A stretch of 64,000 bases of DNA from Methanobacteriota archaeon. GTDB taxonomy: Archaea > Thermoplasmatota > Poseidoniia > Poseidoniales > Poseidoniaceae. Shown piece after piece: positions 9,232-18,873 of this stretch (the first letter of the stretch is position 1; the number at the start of each line of letters is the position of its first letter). The translations under genes were made by a program, and so were the position numbers. Location: assembly GCA_002726495.1 (NCBI GenBank), contig PBTH01000020.1:6650-70649 (forward strand), in the 5' to 3' direction. A model generated the notes under the pieces. It was not told the DNA's origin, searched no databases, and saw only the letters and a list, made by a program, of their open reading frames with translations.

Positions 9232-12200
9232 ATGTCCCAGAAATTAAAAGCAAAAAGTTTCTCAATTGTAACGCTCTTCTTGTTGTCGTCATTGTTGGGG
9301 CTCGTAGCACTTCCAACAGCTTCTGCTGTGAATGAAACAACAAAGGGTACAATCACTGGTGTAGAAACCTGGACGGGTACAATGAACCTTCAAGGTGACA
9401 TTGAAGTGGCGGAAGGTGCAAAACTGGTCGTCAACGCTGGAACCACTGTCAACATCCCATACGGAAATTACATCGATGTCAAAGGTGCTATTTGTATTGG
9501 TGATTCGGCTTGCGGTGCGAGTGCGGGTTCTTCATCCAACCAAGCCAGATTCATCTGGAGCACACCAAGCGATTATTCCGAAAATGGGTGGTGTCTTAAC
9601 AATCAATCACAGTTACTCAACAATCCCGATACGGCTTGTGGCTCAGGAATGATTATTCGTGATACCATTGACCAATCTTTGACTTCACTCAATTATGCGC
9701 ACTTCGAAAACGGTTATGGCCACCCCACCTACGTCGCAACACTGCAACAAGTTCAGTACGGTGTTCTCGTCTTTGACGGATCAAGCACCACTGCTCGTGG
9801 ATTGACATTCAAGGATACCAATACCTCAAACGTTCTTGCAATTGACTTTGCTTCACCAACCATCACTGACTCCGAGTTTGAACTTGGTATTGACGGTCAA
9901 GGCTACGATGCAGCTGCAGTTCGTGCATACGGTGCAGGTGCTGGAATTTTGTCAACCTTCAAACTTTCAACTTCTGTGTTTACTGGAAACGATGCTGATT
10001 GTGGCAATCAAGGTGGAGGCCGTGCTGTGATTTACATTGAGGACAGTTATGTGGACATGGACGACCTCGAAATCAAAGAAAACGCATACGGTGTTCTCTT
10101 GAAACAAAGTTCTGGCTCATTGACCAATTCCGATCTTACTGTAAAGTGCAACGCAATCGATACAAATTCATTGAAAACAACGGGCACCATCAACCATCTT
10201 CTGACCGTCAACGATAACACCATCACGACCGAGGAAGGAGCAGGTATCACGGCTTATGACGGTGCAAATGTCTACGCTGAGGGCAACACAATATCAGGCG
10301 CCAGTGAAGGATCCGGTGTTGGTATCCGTTCATCAACCGTTGAGTTACACGACAACGTCATTGGCCCAATCGGTGGATGGAACGGTCTTTGGATTTACGG
10401 AACATCAGATGTCATTGCTGAAAACAATACCATCAAAGAAGCCACGAAAGAAGCTGTCCTCATCGGTGAATACCACTATCAGGACCAAGGTTGGCAAGTC
10501 CCAGCCCCTACAGCAGCTCGTCTTTACTTTGCAAATAACATCATCCAGAACAGCAGTGGAACTTGTAATTCCCAAATTTATGGCGGTGATTTCGCCTGTC
10601 CTGCAATTCACGTGTTCATGTCTTCTGCGACAATAATGGACAATACAATTACTGGCAATACTGGAGATATCATTCGAGCGAAGGGCGGCCTTGTCAATGT
10701 CCAACGCAATACTGCCGATTCAGCCGGTGGATTTGCAGGAAACATCTCAATGTATGATAACAACTACGGAGACAAATACGGTTCAGTTGCATACTTCTCA
10801 GGAAATACTTGGACAGGAGTTTCTCAAGTTTACAATGTTACAGAATCTCGTGTCACCGTCCAGAGTGAACAGATTCCGTCTCCTGGCTATGGGGAACTTT
10901 ACCCTGTCTCGATCAGTTGGGAAGGAGCCGAGTGCCCATTCGTTCAAACCGAATGCTTGCAACTTCCTGGAACGGCAGTGCTTCCTCCTGCTCAAATGCC
11001 TTTGGCCATTGAACTGGTTGACAATGCAACGGTCTTCTCTTATGCAGATTTGCAAAACTTTGATTCTTCTATGATACATGTCCAAAACCAAAACACAGCA
11101 TGGGGTTCCCAAGTTCGTGAAGGTGAACTGGTTCGCTACCAAGTCAAGGCAAAGAACAGCAACGTGCAAGGGGCGACCGTCGTCATCAAGGATGCAACAG
11201 GTCTACCGCTTTACGAATTGACAACCGATGCCTTTGGATTCACACAGCAGGTATCCCTGCCATCCGATTTCTTATTGGACCGCAATTGGAATCACCAAGT
11301 TGGAGATAAGAATGCAATCATTCCAGGTTCTGGAAATCCGCCAGTGACCATTGACGAAGATTCCTGTGCTGACGGCATTGATAACGATGGCGACACAATG
11401 ATTGACGGCGATGATGCCGATTGTATCAATGGACGAGAAATGCCATTCTACAGTGTTGAAGCCTTCAAGTTCGGCAGCGGTACTAAGGACTTCTCATACG
11501 TTCTCTCCGGACCTATTGACGATGTCATCAATTTGGACAATCTACGCCCAAGTGTTAGTGTGACACAACAAGACGGAGTGTCCTTTGCAACCACGGTCTC
11601 TCTCACCGGACAGTCTTGGGATGGCGTGAAGTGGCCATATGCCAATGATAACACGGCGAATCAGAAGCAGTTTGGAACGATCACTGCTGTAGAAGTTCAA
11701 CCACCAGGCACCAACGATTGGTACTCTGCTGTTGACACTTCTGGCGCCAATGGAGTCATCACAATGGAAAACCATCCCTTCAAGGATTGGTCATTTGATT
11801 GGGACATGTCTGCTCACCCTGAAGGTGAAGGCGATGTCACGTTCCGTGTCCGTTCCTATGACGGATTGGATTATTCTCCAGTAACCGTTCGATTGTACAA
11901 ACTGAACCTTGTTGCGCCAACCATCGTGGTCGACGTTCCAAACACAGGAAGTACGCACACCAATGGTAAAGTGCTTTTCCAAGGAACTGCTTCAGACCCA
12001 TACTCTGGAACATACGGTAGCGATGTCAAAAAGATCTGGTTCCACATAACAAGTGTTGAGAATGACTATGTGTCTCACTTTTACACTGAAGGTTCAACAA
12101 GCTGGTCATACGAATGGGACTTCAGCGAATTGCTTTCAGGTGAATACACCTTTGAGGTCTGGGCATCGGACAGTGATTTCTGTATCGATCAAGCAGTATC

Positions 12201-13614
12201 CGTAAGCGAAGGCGGCGTTTGTGTTATAGAAACACGCGTCCTCAACATCGTTAACGAAAACACCCCGCCTCAACTGCAACTTTCATGGATTGGTTCAGCC
12301 GACCAAAGCACCGGCGGTGTTGATGGAGGAACCATACGTGCAAGTACAGAAACAACCATTGTTGGTGTTGCTCGTGACATTGGTGGACAAGTGACCCGTG
12401 TTGAAATTGACATCGTAGAATTAGCAACCAGTATCACGCTCAACAACGGTCCACTCCCAGTAACTTCATTCAATCCTGATGGGTCATGGGTTGCTATTTG
12501 GGACACTTCCAAACTGGACAACGATGGTGTCTACGAAGTGACCGTACGTGCATACGATGGTGAAGATTACTCGCCCGACAGCGTCTGGAGAATGAAGATT
12601 AACAATCCAATTAATGCTGAAAACTTAGACCCAGTATTCAATGAAACTGGTTGGGTAGGTTCCATTACAATCTTCTGTGATGTTCAATCAAATTCAATCG
12701 ACAGATGCGGTGGAGGCGCTTCAATTGACCTCACGCAGTTCTTCAGCGACCCTGACGGAATCGGTGAGACAGCCGATGCATTGGAATTCTTCATTCTCGA
12801 TAATGAAGATACCCTTGAAGACGACAGTTATCAGACAGACATACGAATCACCTCTTCTGGAATCGCCATTTACGACCCTATGGAGGGTAAGGCACAAACA
12901 ACGAGCGAGATTTCTGAATGGTCGTTAAACGGTGTTATGTTCTACGCTGAAGACGTTCAAGAATCCAAGGTTTACGCCACGGTGAAGGTAAACTTCCTCG
13001 TAAGGGGCGTGGCGTTCAGTGCAGAGAGAGTCGACGAAGGACCAATCACTCCAAGTGATCCGGCGACCTTCCGAGGAGAAGGTCTCCCTGGAAGCACGGT
13101 GAATATTCGCTTCGCTAATGGAAATGCAAAGCTCAATTCAACCCGTGTATTGTCTGATGGGACATGGGAAATGGACCTGACAAACAGTCAGCTTGGTATT
13201 GAAGGAAATGAAGAAGTCATCTTCGAAATGGACGGTCAAGTGTTCAAATTTGCGGGCCAAACTGAAGATGGCGAATTTAGCATCGTAGTTTCCAGCGGAA
13301 TAGATGAAGATTCATCTCTCTTAACGATCATTTTGGTGGTTGGAGCGATTGTTGTTCTCTTGGGCGTGGGCGCATTCTTCTTCGTTGAATTTGAAGAAAT
13401 ACCTGACATTTCCGAAGAAGAAGAGGCACTTCTTGAAGTTGCAGAAGACCCCTATGCATGGGCCAAGGCAAAACAAACACCAACTATTCCTCAACAAGAA
13501 GCGGCTCCTGCAGAACCCGAACAACAGGTCGCAGAGACATCAACTCACCCGGGTTGGATTTGGGACCAAGCCACAAACCAGTGGGTTCCGGACCCAAATT
13601 ACTCAGCTGAGTAG
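9232..13614 (+). CDS. Large surface protein: signal peptide, parallel beta-helix (pectin-lyase-like) region, Ig-like domains, C-terminal TM and Trp-rich cytoplasmic tail
   Basis: Signal peptide ending ASA, repeated I.xN.I beta-helix rungs, WSYEWD/WVAIWDT-type Ig domains, TM LLTIILVVGAIVVLLGVGAFFF. Alternative start 9208. Confidence 0.75.
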   Translation: MSQKLKAKSFSIVTLFLLSSLLGLVALPTASAVNETTKGTITGVETWTGTMNLQGDIEVAEGAKLVVNAGTTVNIPYGNYIDVKGAICIGDSACGASAGSSSNQARFIWSTPSDYSENGWCLNNQSQLLNNPDTACGSGMIIRDTIDQSLTSLNYAHFENGYGHPTYVATLQQVQYGVLVFDGSSTTARGLTFKDTNTSNVLAIDFASPTITDSEFELGIDGQGYDAAAVRAYGAGAGILSTFKLSTSVFTGNDADCGNQGGGRAVIYIEDSYVDMDDLEIKENAYGVLLKQSSGSLTNSDLTVKCNAIDTNSLKTTGTINHLLTVNDNTITTEEGAGITAYDGANVYAEGNTISGASEGSGVGIRSSTVELHDNVIGPIGGWNGLWIYGTSDVIAENNTIKEATKEAVLIGEYHYQDQGWQVPAPTAARLYFANNIIQNSSGTCNSQIYGGDFACPAIHVFMSSATIMDNTITGNTGDIIRAKGGLVNVQRNTADSAGGFAGNISMYDNNYGDKYGSVAYFSGNTWTGVSQVYNVTESRVTVQSEQIPSPGYGELYPVSISWEGAECPFVQTECLQLPGTAVLPPAQMPLAIELVDNATVFSYADLQNFDSSMIHVQNQNTAWGSQVREGELVRYQVKAKNSNVQGATVVIKDATGLPLYELTTDAFGFTQQVSLPSDFLLDRNWNHQVGDKNAIIPGSGNPPVTIDEDSCADGIDNDGDTMIDGDDADCINGREMPFYSVEAFKFGSGTKDFSYVLSGPIDDVINLDNLRPSVSVTQQDGVSFATTVSLTGQSWDGVKWPYANDNTANQKQFGTITAVEVQPPGTNDWYSAVDTSGANGVITMENHPFKDWSFDWDMSAHPEGEGDVTFRVRSYDGLDYSPVTVRLYKLNLVAPTIVVDVPNTGSTHTNGKVLFQGTASDPYSGTYGSDVKKIWFHITSVENDYVSHFYTEGSTSWSYEWDFSELLSGEYTFEVWASDSDFCIDQAVSVSEGGVCVIETRVLNIVNENTPPQLQLSWIGSADQSTGGVDGGTIRASTETTIVGVARDIGGQVTRVEIDIVELATSITLNNGPLPVTSFNPDGSWVAIWDTSKLDNDGVYEVTVRAYDGEDYSPDSVWRMKINNPINAENLDPVFNETGWVGSITIFCDVQSNSIDRCGGGASIDLTQFFSDPDGIGETADALEFFILDNEDTLEDDSYQTDIRITSSGIAIYDPMEGKAQTTSEISEWSLNGVMFYAEDVQESKVYATVKVNFLVRGVAFSAERVDEGPITPSDPATFRGEGLPGSTVNIRFANGNAKLNSTRVLSDGTWEMDLTNSQLGIEGNEEVIFEMDGQVFKFAGQTEDGEFSIVVSSGIDEDSSLLTIILVVGAIVVLLGVGAFFFVEFEEIPDISEEEEALLEVAEDPYAWAKAKQTPTIPQQEAAPAEPEQQVAETSTHPGWIWDQATNQWVPDPNYSAE

Positions 13615-13639
13615 TGTTTGCTAGAGCAGGGTGTTTTGA

Positions 13640-16165
13640 ATGGCGGTTCAACCGAAACCCGGTGTTCAAGAGAGAATTCTCTTGCATCTTCTCGACTATT
13701 CTGACTTCAAAAGCAGTATTGAAGTTCCTTTCGCCCTGTCGCAAATGGGAATTGCAAACGCAGTGGCTATTGCTCGATCCAATGTTCCTAGAGCGATCTC
13801 TGGTCTCAAAGAACAAGGTATCTTGGTAGAACGGCAAGCCCACGTAAAGGGAGTTTCAAGAAAAAGAAAAGCGTACTTCCTCACCGATAGCGGCGTGATT
13901 ATGGCTTCAGAAACATGGGCCAGACTATCGGATTTTCCAGTGCGCTGTATTCTTGATGAGGGAAGTCCTGTTGAAAGCACATTGGGTGGAATTAAATCGA
14001 TCTTACCATTTGAGATGAGGCCTGTCGATGTGATTCGTTACATGGATGAGCACGGTTGTCTGGACTCAAGGTCGCTTTCCCAGGACCTTGTTGAACGGGA
14101 CTTGTCGAAACATGTTGAGAAGCAACTGGTTACTTCTCTTGCGGACCTCCCAAGGCTTCGTCATTTCTACGGTAGAACGACTGAATTGGACAACATGGTC
14201 AATCTTATTGAAGCCCGAGCAACAACGCTCCTCGTTCCAGGAATTGCAGGGATTGGTAAAACCACGGTCGCTTCCAAATTGATTGAGCGTTTTATGCATC
14301 GTCGAAATTTACTCTATCACCGTTGTCAAGATTGGGAAGGGTCTCGCTCATTTTTTGAGTCAATCGCAGATTGGTTGTCCAGTATGGGGAATTCCGAATT
14401 CGCAAGTTATCTTGCTGCGACCCCAATACCACAGCCTGCTGATGCTGCTCGTTTGCTCATTGAAGCATTGGAAGGTGCTCCGTCCTTGGTTGTTATTGAT
14501 GACTTTCACAAGGTCTCGGACTTGGTTCTTCACCAAACGTTCCAAGCAATGTCGTTAGCATTACTCGGTAGCGAAGAAAAAATTGGACTTGTCATCTTCT
14601 CTCGCTCATTCAAACCAGTGGTTCCAACAAAGGATGCTGAGGGTAGAATCGCAAGTTTAGTTCTTCCATTGGATGGTCTGGATCCGGATTCTGGTAGGAA
14701 ATTGCTCAGCAGTTTTTCAAACTTAGAAGACGAACAGTGGCTCCATATTCACGGGTTATCTCGAGGGCACCCGCTCGTTCTTGAACTCATCAACCGTGGA
14801 GCATCAGCGGGTGCATTCCACGAAACGCTTGAGAACTACGTGACAGTAGAAATTTTCTCAAAGCTGAGCGCAGAACAAAAGCGTGTGCTATCTGCCCTAT
14901 CGATTTACAGAGAGCCTATGGTTTTGGATGCGCTCGCTATGCAGCAGTTGGACACGGATGAATTGGATAACTTGGTTGAATCTGGACTTGCGAGACAGGC
15001 CGATTCCACAACATACGATGTACACGATTTGATTCGTGAATTTTTGCTAAGAAGTCTTTCACCTGCTCTGAAAGAAGAATTTCATGGTAAATGCATGGAA
15101 TGGTACGAAAAACAGTCTCCATCCAACGAAGTTTCAATCGAACTGATCTACCACTCAATTCAATCGAACCAATTTGATGTTGCCTCGTCAATACTTATGG
15201 ACAAAGGACGCCACCTCATCTCTCAAGGGCACATGGAACTTCTGGGATTGATTGAGCTCATTGATACGGATGGATTGAAGAAGAATACTGTAGTTTTACT
15301 TGGGCAACTTCAAGGAGACATCCTTGCACTTCTCGGTCGTCTATCTGAGGCTGAAGAGATCTTGACAAAGGCCTTGGAAGGTGCAAAGGAATCAAAGAAC
15401 TCCTCCATTGAAGCAGAAATTCTCTCATCACTGGCTGATGTTAGTCGGAAACAGGGCAACAGCGATATTGCTTTGGCTCGTCATAAAGACGCGCTCAAAC
15501 ATTATATCGGTCAAGGAAACGCTATGTGGGCAGCCAGAACCTACAACAACATTGGATATCTATTGCGAAGAAAAAATGAGCGAAATAAGGCCTTGGAGGC
15601 TTATGGTGAGGTTGAAACCATCCTCGCTCAATCCAAGGGAGACGAACTGTTGTCCAGCCAAATCACGCTTGCTCGCGCACTCATTGACCTTGGCGAAGTG
15701 GACCGGGCACGTGAACATGCCATGGATGCTCACGAGGCTACAGAAGCCTTGGGTGATGCAGCCCTTCATGCTCGTGCGCAAGGAGTGCTGGGTAGATATT
15801 ATTCACGAGTTGAGCAATCCGAACTTGCAATGTTCCATTACAATGCTGCCTTAGAGGCGATGAATGACGCAGGAGATCTCCACTCGCTGGTTGAAATTAC
15901 GATTCTTTTGGGTGAAGTTCTCCATGATGCGGGCCGAACCGAAGAAGCGATGGAGCATTATCGAGAAGCTCTTGTTATTGCTGAAGCGAACGACTTGAGA
16001 ATGCAAATAGGAGAACTTCTTACTCGCCTCGGAGGTGTTGCCCCTGACCGTCAAGGACGCATGGAATATCTTCAACGAGCTCTTTCTGTATTCCGTGAAT
16101 TGGGAGCACGTTCTCGGATGAAAGAAGTGCAAACATTGGTTCACCGTGCAGTGATGGGACGCTAA
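13640..16165 (+). CDS. wHTH-STAND NTPase-TPR protein (putative signal-transducing transcription regulator)
   Basis: N-terminal HTH plus wing (SQMGIANAVAIARSNVPRAISGL...RKAYFLT). STAND motifs FYGRTTE, Walker A GIAGIGKT (14240-14263), Walker B VVIDD, GHPL and VHDL. C-terminal TPR repeats. Confidence 0.85.
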   Translation: MAVQPKPGVQERILLHLLDYSDFKSSIEVPFALSQMGIANAVAIARSNVPRAISGLKEQGILVERQAHVKGVSRKRKAYFLTDSGVIMASETWARLSDFPVRCILDEGSPVESTLGGIKSILPFEMRPVDVIRYMDEHGCLDSRSLSQDLVERDLSKHVEKQLVTSLADLPRLRHFYGRTTELDNMVNLIEARATTLLVPGIAGIGKTTVASKLIERFMHRRNLLYHRCQDWEGSRSFFESIADWLSSMGNSEFASYLAATPIPQPADAARLLIEALEGAPSLVVIDDFHKVSDLVLHQTFQAMSLALLGSEEKIGLVIFSRSFKPVVPTKDAEGRIASLVLPLDGLDPDSGRKLLSSFSNLEDEQWLHIHGLSRGHPLVLELINRGASAGAFHETLENYVTVEIFSKLSAEQKRVLSALSIYREPMVLDALAMQQLDTDELDNLVESGLARQADSTTYDVHDLIREFLLRSLSPALKEEFHGKCMEWYEKQSPSNEVSIELIYHSIQSNQFDVASSILMDKGRHLISQGHMELLGLIELIDTDGLKKNTVVLLGQLQGDILALLGRLSEAEEILTKALEGAKESKNSSIEAEILSSLADVSRKQGNSDIALARHKDALKHYIGQGNAMWAARTYNNIGYLLRRKNERNKALEAYGEVETILAQSKGDELLSSQITLARALIDLGEVDRAREHAMDAHEATEALGDAALHARAQGVLGRYYSRVEQSELAMFHYNAALEAMNDAGDLHSLVEITILLGEVLHDAGRTEEAMEHYREALVIAEANDLRMQIGELLTRLGGVAPDRQGRMEYLQRALSVFRELGARSRMKEVQTLVHRAVMGR

Positions 16166-16642
16166 TCATTGGACTGCTTGTGGCCGATCAAGGGTTACAG
16201 TAGTGGCCCCATTTTCATGAACTACCCATATTCGTTCAGCACCTGCTAATGGGATTTCTCCACTGTGTGCTCCGCTTCCAGTGCCTGAAAGAAGGACTTC
16301 CATGTCAAGAGGGCCGCCTTTGTCAATTAATTCAAGTGAAGTGTCAGTCAGTCGAATGTAAAACAGGGATTCGTCAGCCTCTGTAGGCCTCCAAGAAACC
16401 GATTCAGCATAACTCACATTGCCAATTCGACTTGCTTCATCAGCCCGCTCAATGGCGGCTGCCAAGTCGTTCATGTTCGCCTCAACCGCCTCTTCATTCC
16501 AACGCAAACGGGTATTGGTTTCAATGTCCCATGCCCATACACTGAACATGGTCATGAGCAATACTCCGAGCAGAAATGTGAACACATAACCAAGTTCAGT
16601 AGCAGCTGCACGCATGTCTCTTGACAATCTTACTTGTTTCAT
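16166..16642 (-). CDS. Small archaeal type IV pilin-like protein
   Basis: Class III signal-like RA|AATELGYVFTFLLGVLL. ATGA overlap with the upstream gene and GGAGG SD. Confidence 0.7.
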   Translation of the reverse strand: MKQVRLSRDMRAAATELGYVFTFLLGVLLMTMFSVWAWDIETNTRLRWNEEAVEANMNDLAAAIERADEASRIGNVSYAESVSWRPTEADESLFYIRLTDTSLELIDKGGPLDMEVLLSGTGSGAHSGEIPLAGAERIWVVHENGATTVTLDRPQAVQ

Positions 16643-18873
16643 GTCATGGCCTCCCGAGTCGTTACATCAAGTGATGAGAGTTGCAATGTAAATTCTATTG
16701 CCTGGCCGTTTGTATGCCAAACTGCCTCAGATGTTCCGTAACTTGGATCCGGTACCCAGCCTACATAATCCGTTAACAAGTCAAGTCTTCCCGGATATAC
16801 AGTCCAATCTTCACTTGCTTCAAGTCCTATTCCTGCACTGTCGGCGATTGCAGAACCATAGGGTGCTGACCATCCTCGCCGAACTTCATATGCAGGGGTT
16901 GAAGCCAATGATATACGATGTACAAGTTCAATGTCAAGTTCTAATATTCCAGCCCCTGATGCACTATCTGCAGTTGGATGGAGTGAAGGAATGGTTGCTG
17001 CAAAGCGAGGTCCGGGGCCACCTCGGTCTGAAGGAGGGACCACTACATAGGGTTGGAATTCAGGGTGGTTTGTGACAACAGCACCTCCACTGAATGCAAC
17101 CTCCATGCCGACAACAGACGACTGGAATTGGTAAGCGAGTCGTGACAGATGGAAGGCCCAAACGGTTCCGATTGTAGCATGGGTTGAGGTTCCATCACTT
17201 CCAAGAACTTCAATGGATACACTCGATGGATGGCGACCTTCTCGCCAGGCCTCTTGCAGGTCGATTTCTCCTCTTCCTCCCATGCGCTCCCACGGCAAAT
17301 CTGTGGTAATCCAGCCGCTTGCTTGGGTTCCGATGGCGTTGCACCGTTGCTCACCATCGTGTGGGAGGTGGTACAAGCCATTTGAACCACCAAAACGAGT
17401 CAGCCTTAGCGGATGTCCCTTTTCTACGCTTATGTTGGTTGTACCTTCGTTCAAGGTCAAGTTGTGACGGTTATTGTTGTCAAGGAATACACCGGTTTCA
17501 TTGGCGACTCCACTCGCATTCCATGTTGAAGTATAGCCTGCAAGAGCGAGAGTAAATTGTTCGGCTGTCGTGTTGTCAGTGTTCATGTAGGAAAATGAAG
17601 CACCTGAGAGCGAACCTGTATCTTCGGCTGGAATCATCGTAATTCCTGATACGGAATCGGTAATGGTTGTTGCTCCCGATGCCGCCCATGTCACGAACAC
17701 GTCTCCGTCAGCATCGATGGTCGGTGCACCGGTGATTTGCCCCGGAGGCCATGCCATTTCTTCAACTGAATTGGGTTGGACGGAAATCCCTCCTCCTCTC
17801 CAAGTAACGGTAACGATGGTGGCTCCAGGATTCGTGAATCGAAGTGTGCCTTCAGCATTTGGTGGAAGGAAGGAATGGCCGAGATAGGCGCCGGTTGTAG
17901 CTGGCCAAGATGTTATTCCAGATTCGTTGTCAACAGCAGAATTGTACATCATCCGAGATGGTGCGCTGGTGGTGATTTGAACCACCTGATCGGCAGTAAG
18001 ATTCAATTCGTGATCAAAGGAAACTGCGGTTCTGGCCATATTGCTGGGTTGTGCATAATACAATTCGGTTCCAGTTGAGGTCGCAATCTGGATTTGATTT
18101 GCATGCTCACTCAGGATATGGATTTGGGAACGACCCGATTCCATAGGTATGGACCAGGCATGTCCCATTTTGTCCGAAGGTTCTCGGTCCGTTGGTTCCA
18201 GATAGGTTGCTCCTCCAGTTCCTTTTTGCGCCAATACAACCAGTTCATGGCTTGAAGAGACCGTCACGGTTCCGTATTGTGAGAGGTCAAAGACTTCCAT
18301 GTCATCAACTCGAAGGTCCGTTGTGAGCAAGTCGGTTCCCGATTCGCTTAATGTCACATCAACAGGGCCAAGAGGCATTGCAAGGCCCGGCGCAACCGAA
18401 ACAATGGCCTTGTCAATTTGCTCATCAAGTGTGTAGAAGTAATGCTTGTCAGGGCCTTGCCGTAGGTCTGTAATGCAGACAGAAGAAACGAATGACTCCG
18501 GATGACGGATTTCAAGCGTATCATCAAAATCCAACGCTCCTCTTGCTCTAAGGCTCATGTCCTCCTGCCATGTTGCCGAGTACCACATGCCTCCTCGGAG
18601 GGAATCCCAGACAAGTGTTCCGTCAACTGGGATGAGTGTTGCTTGTGCAGAATCTCCAGGCATGCCTCGTTCGCTAAGTTCTGAGGTCTCATGAGCGAGG
18701 AGCGTCATTTGCGCCGACATGTCATGGCGTTCAATAGAACCTTCCAGCTCCTCAATCACCGGCATCAAAGAAACCATCATCAAGCCGATAATAGAAAGAA
18801 CTCCACCAAACAAAAGGACAGTGGCAACTGCTGCCGAAACCGCCTCTTCTTCCCGAGTTAGATTGTGCTTCAA
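16639..18873 (-). CDS. Large (744 aa) type IV pilin-like protein with inserted beta domain
   Basis: EEEA|VSAAVATVLLFGGVLSII class III signal. TTG start overlaps the upstream stop and is preceded by GGAGGTGA. Confidence 0.75.
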   Translation of the reverse strand: MKHNLTREEEAVSAAVATVLLFGGVLSIIGLMMVSLMPVIEELEGSIERHDMSAQMTLLAHETSELSERGMPGDSAQATLIPVDGTLVWDSLRGGMWYSATWQEDMSLRARGALDFDDTLEIRHPESFVSSVCITDLRQGPDKHYFYTLDEQIDKAIVSVAPGLAMPLGPVDVTLSESGTDLLTTDLRVDDMEVFDLSQYGTVTVSSSHELVVLAQKGTGGATYLEPTDREPSDKMGHAWSIPMESGRSQIHILSEHANQIQIATSTGTELYYAQPSNMARTAVSFDHELNLTADQVVQITTSAPSRMMYNSAVDNESGITSWPATTGAYLGHSFLPPNAEGTLRFTNPGATIVTVTWRGGGISVQPNSVEEMAWPPGQITGAPTIDADGDVFVTWAASGATTITDSVSGITMIPAEDTGSLSGASFSYMNTDNTTAEQFTLALAGYTSTWNASGVANETGVFLDNNNRHNLTLNEGTTNISVEKGHPLRLTRFGGSNGLYHLPHDGEQRCNAIGTQASGWITTDLPWERMGGRGEIDLQEAWREGRHPSSVSIEVLGSDGTSTHATIGTVWAFHLSRLAYQFQSSVVGMEVAFSGGAVVTNHPEFQPYVVVPPSDRGGPGPRFAATIPSLHPTADSASGAGILELDIELVHRISLASTPAYEVRRGWSAPYGSAIADSAGIGLEASEDWTVYPGRLDLLTDYVGWVPDPSYGTSEAVWHTNGQAIEFTLQLSSLDVTTREAMT

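Noticed and set aside
13640..16165. Calling the STAND protein an Avs/NLR antiviral system
   Set aside because: No nuclease, TIR, SIR2 or protease effector is present and there is no defence-island context. It is kept only as an alternative hypothesis.
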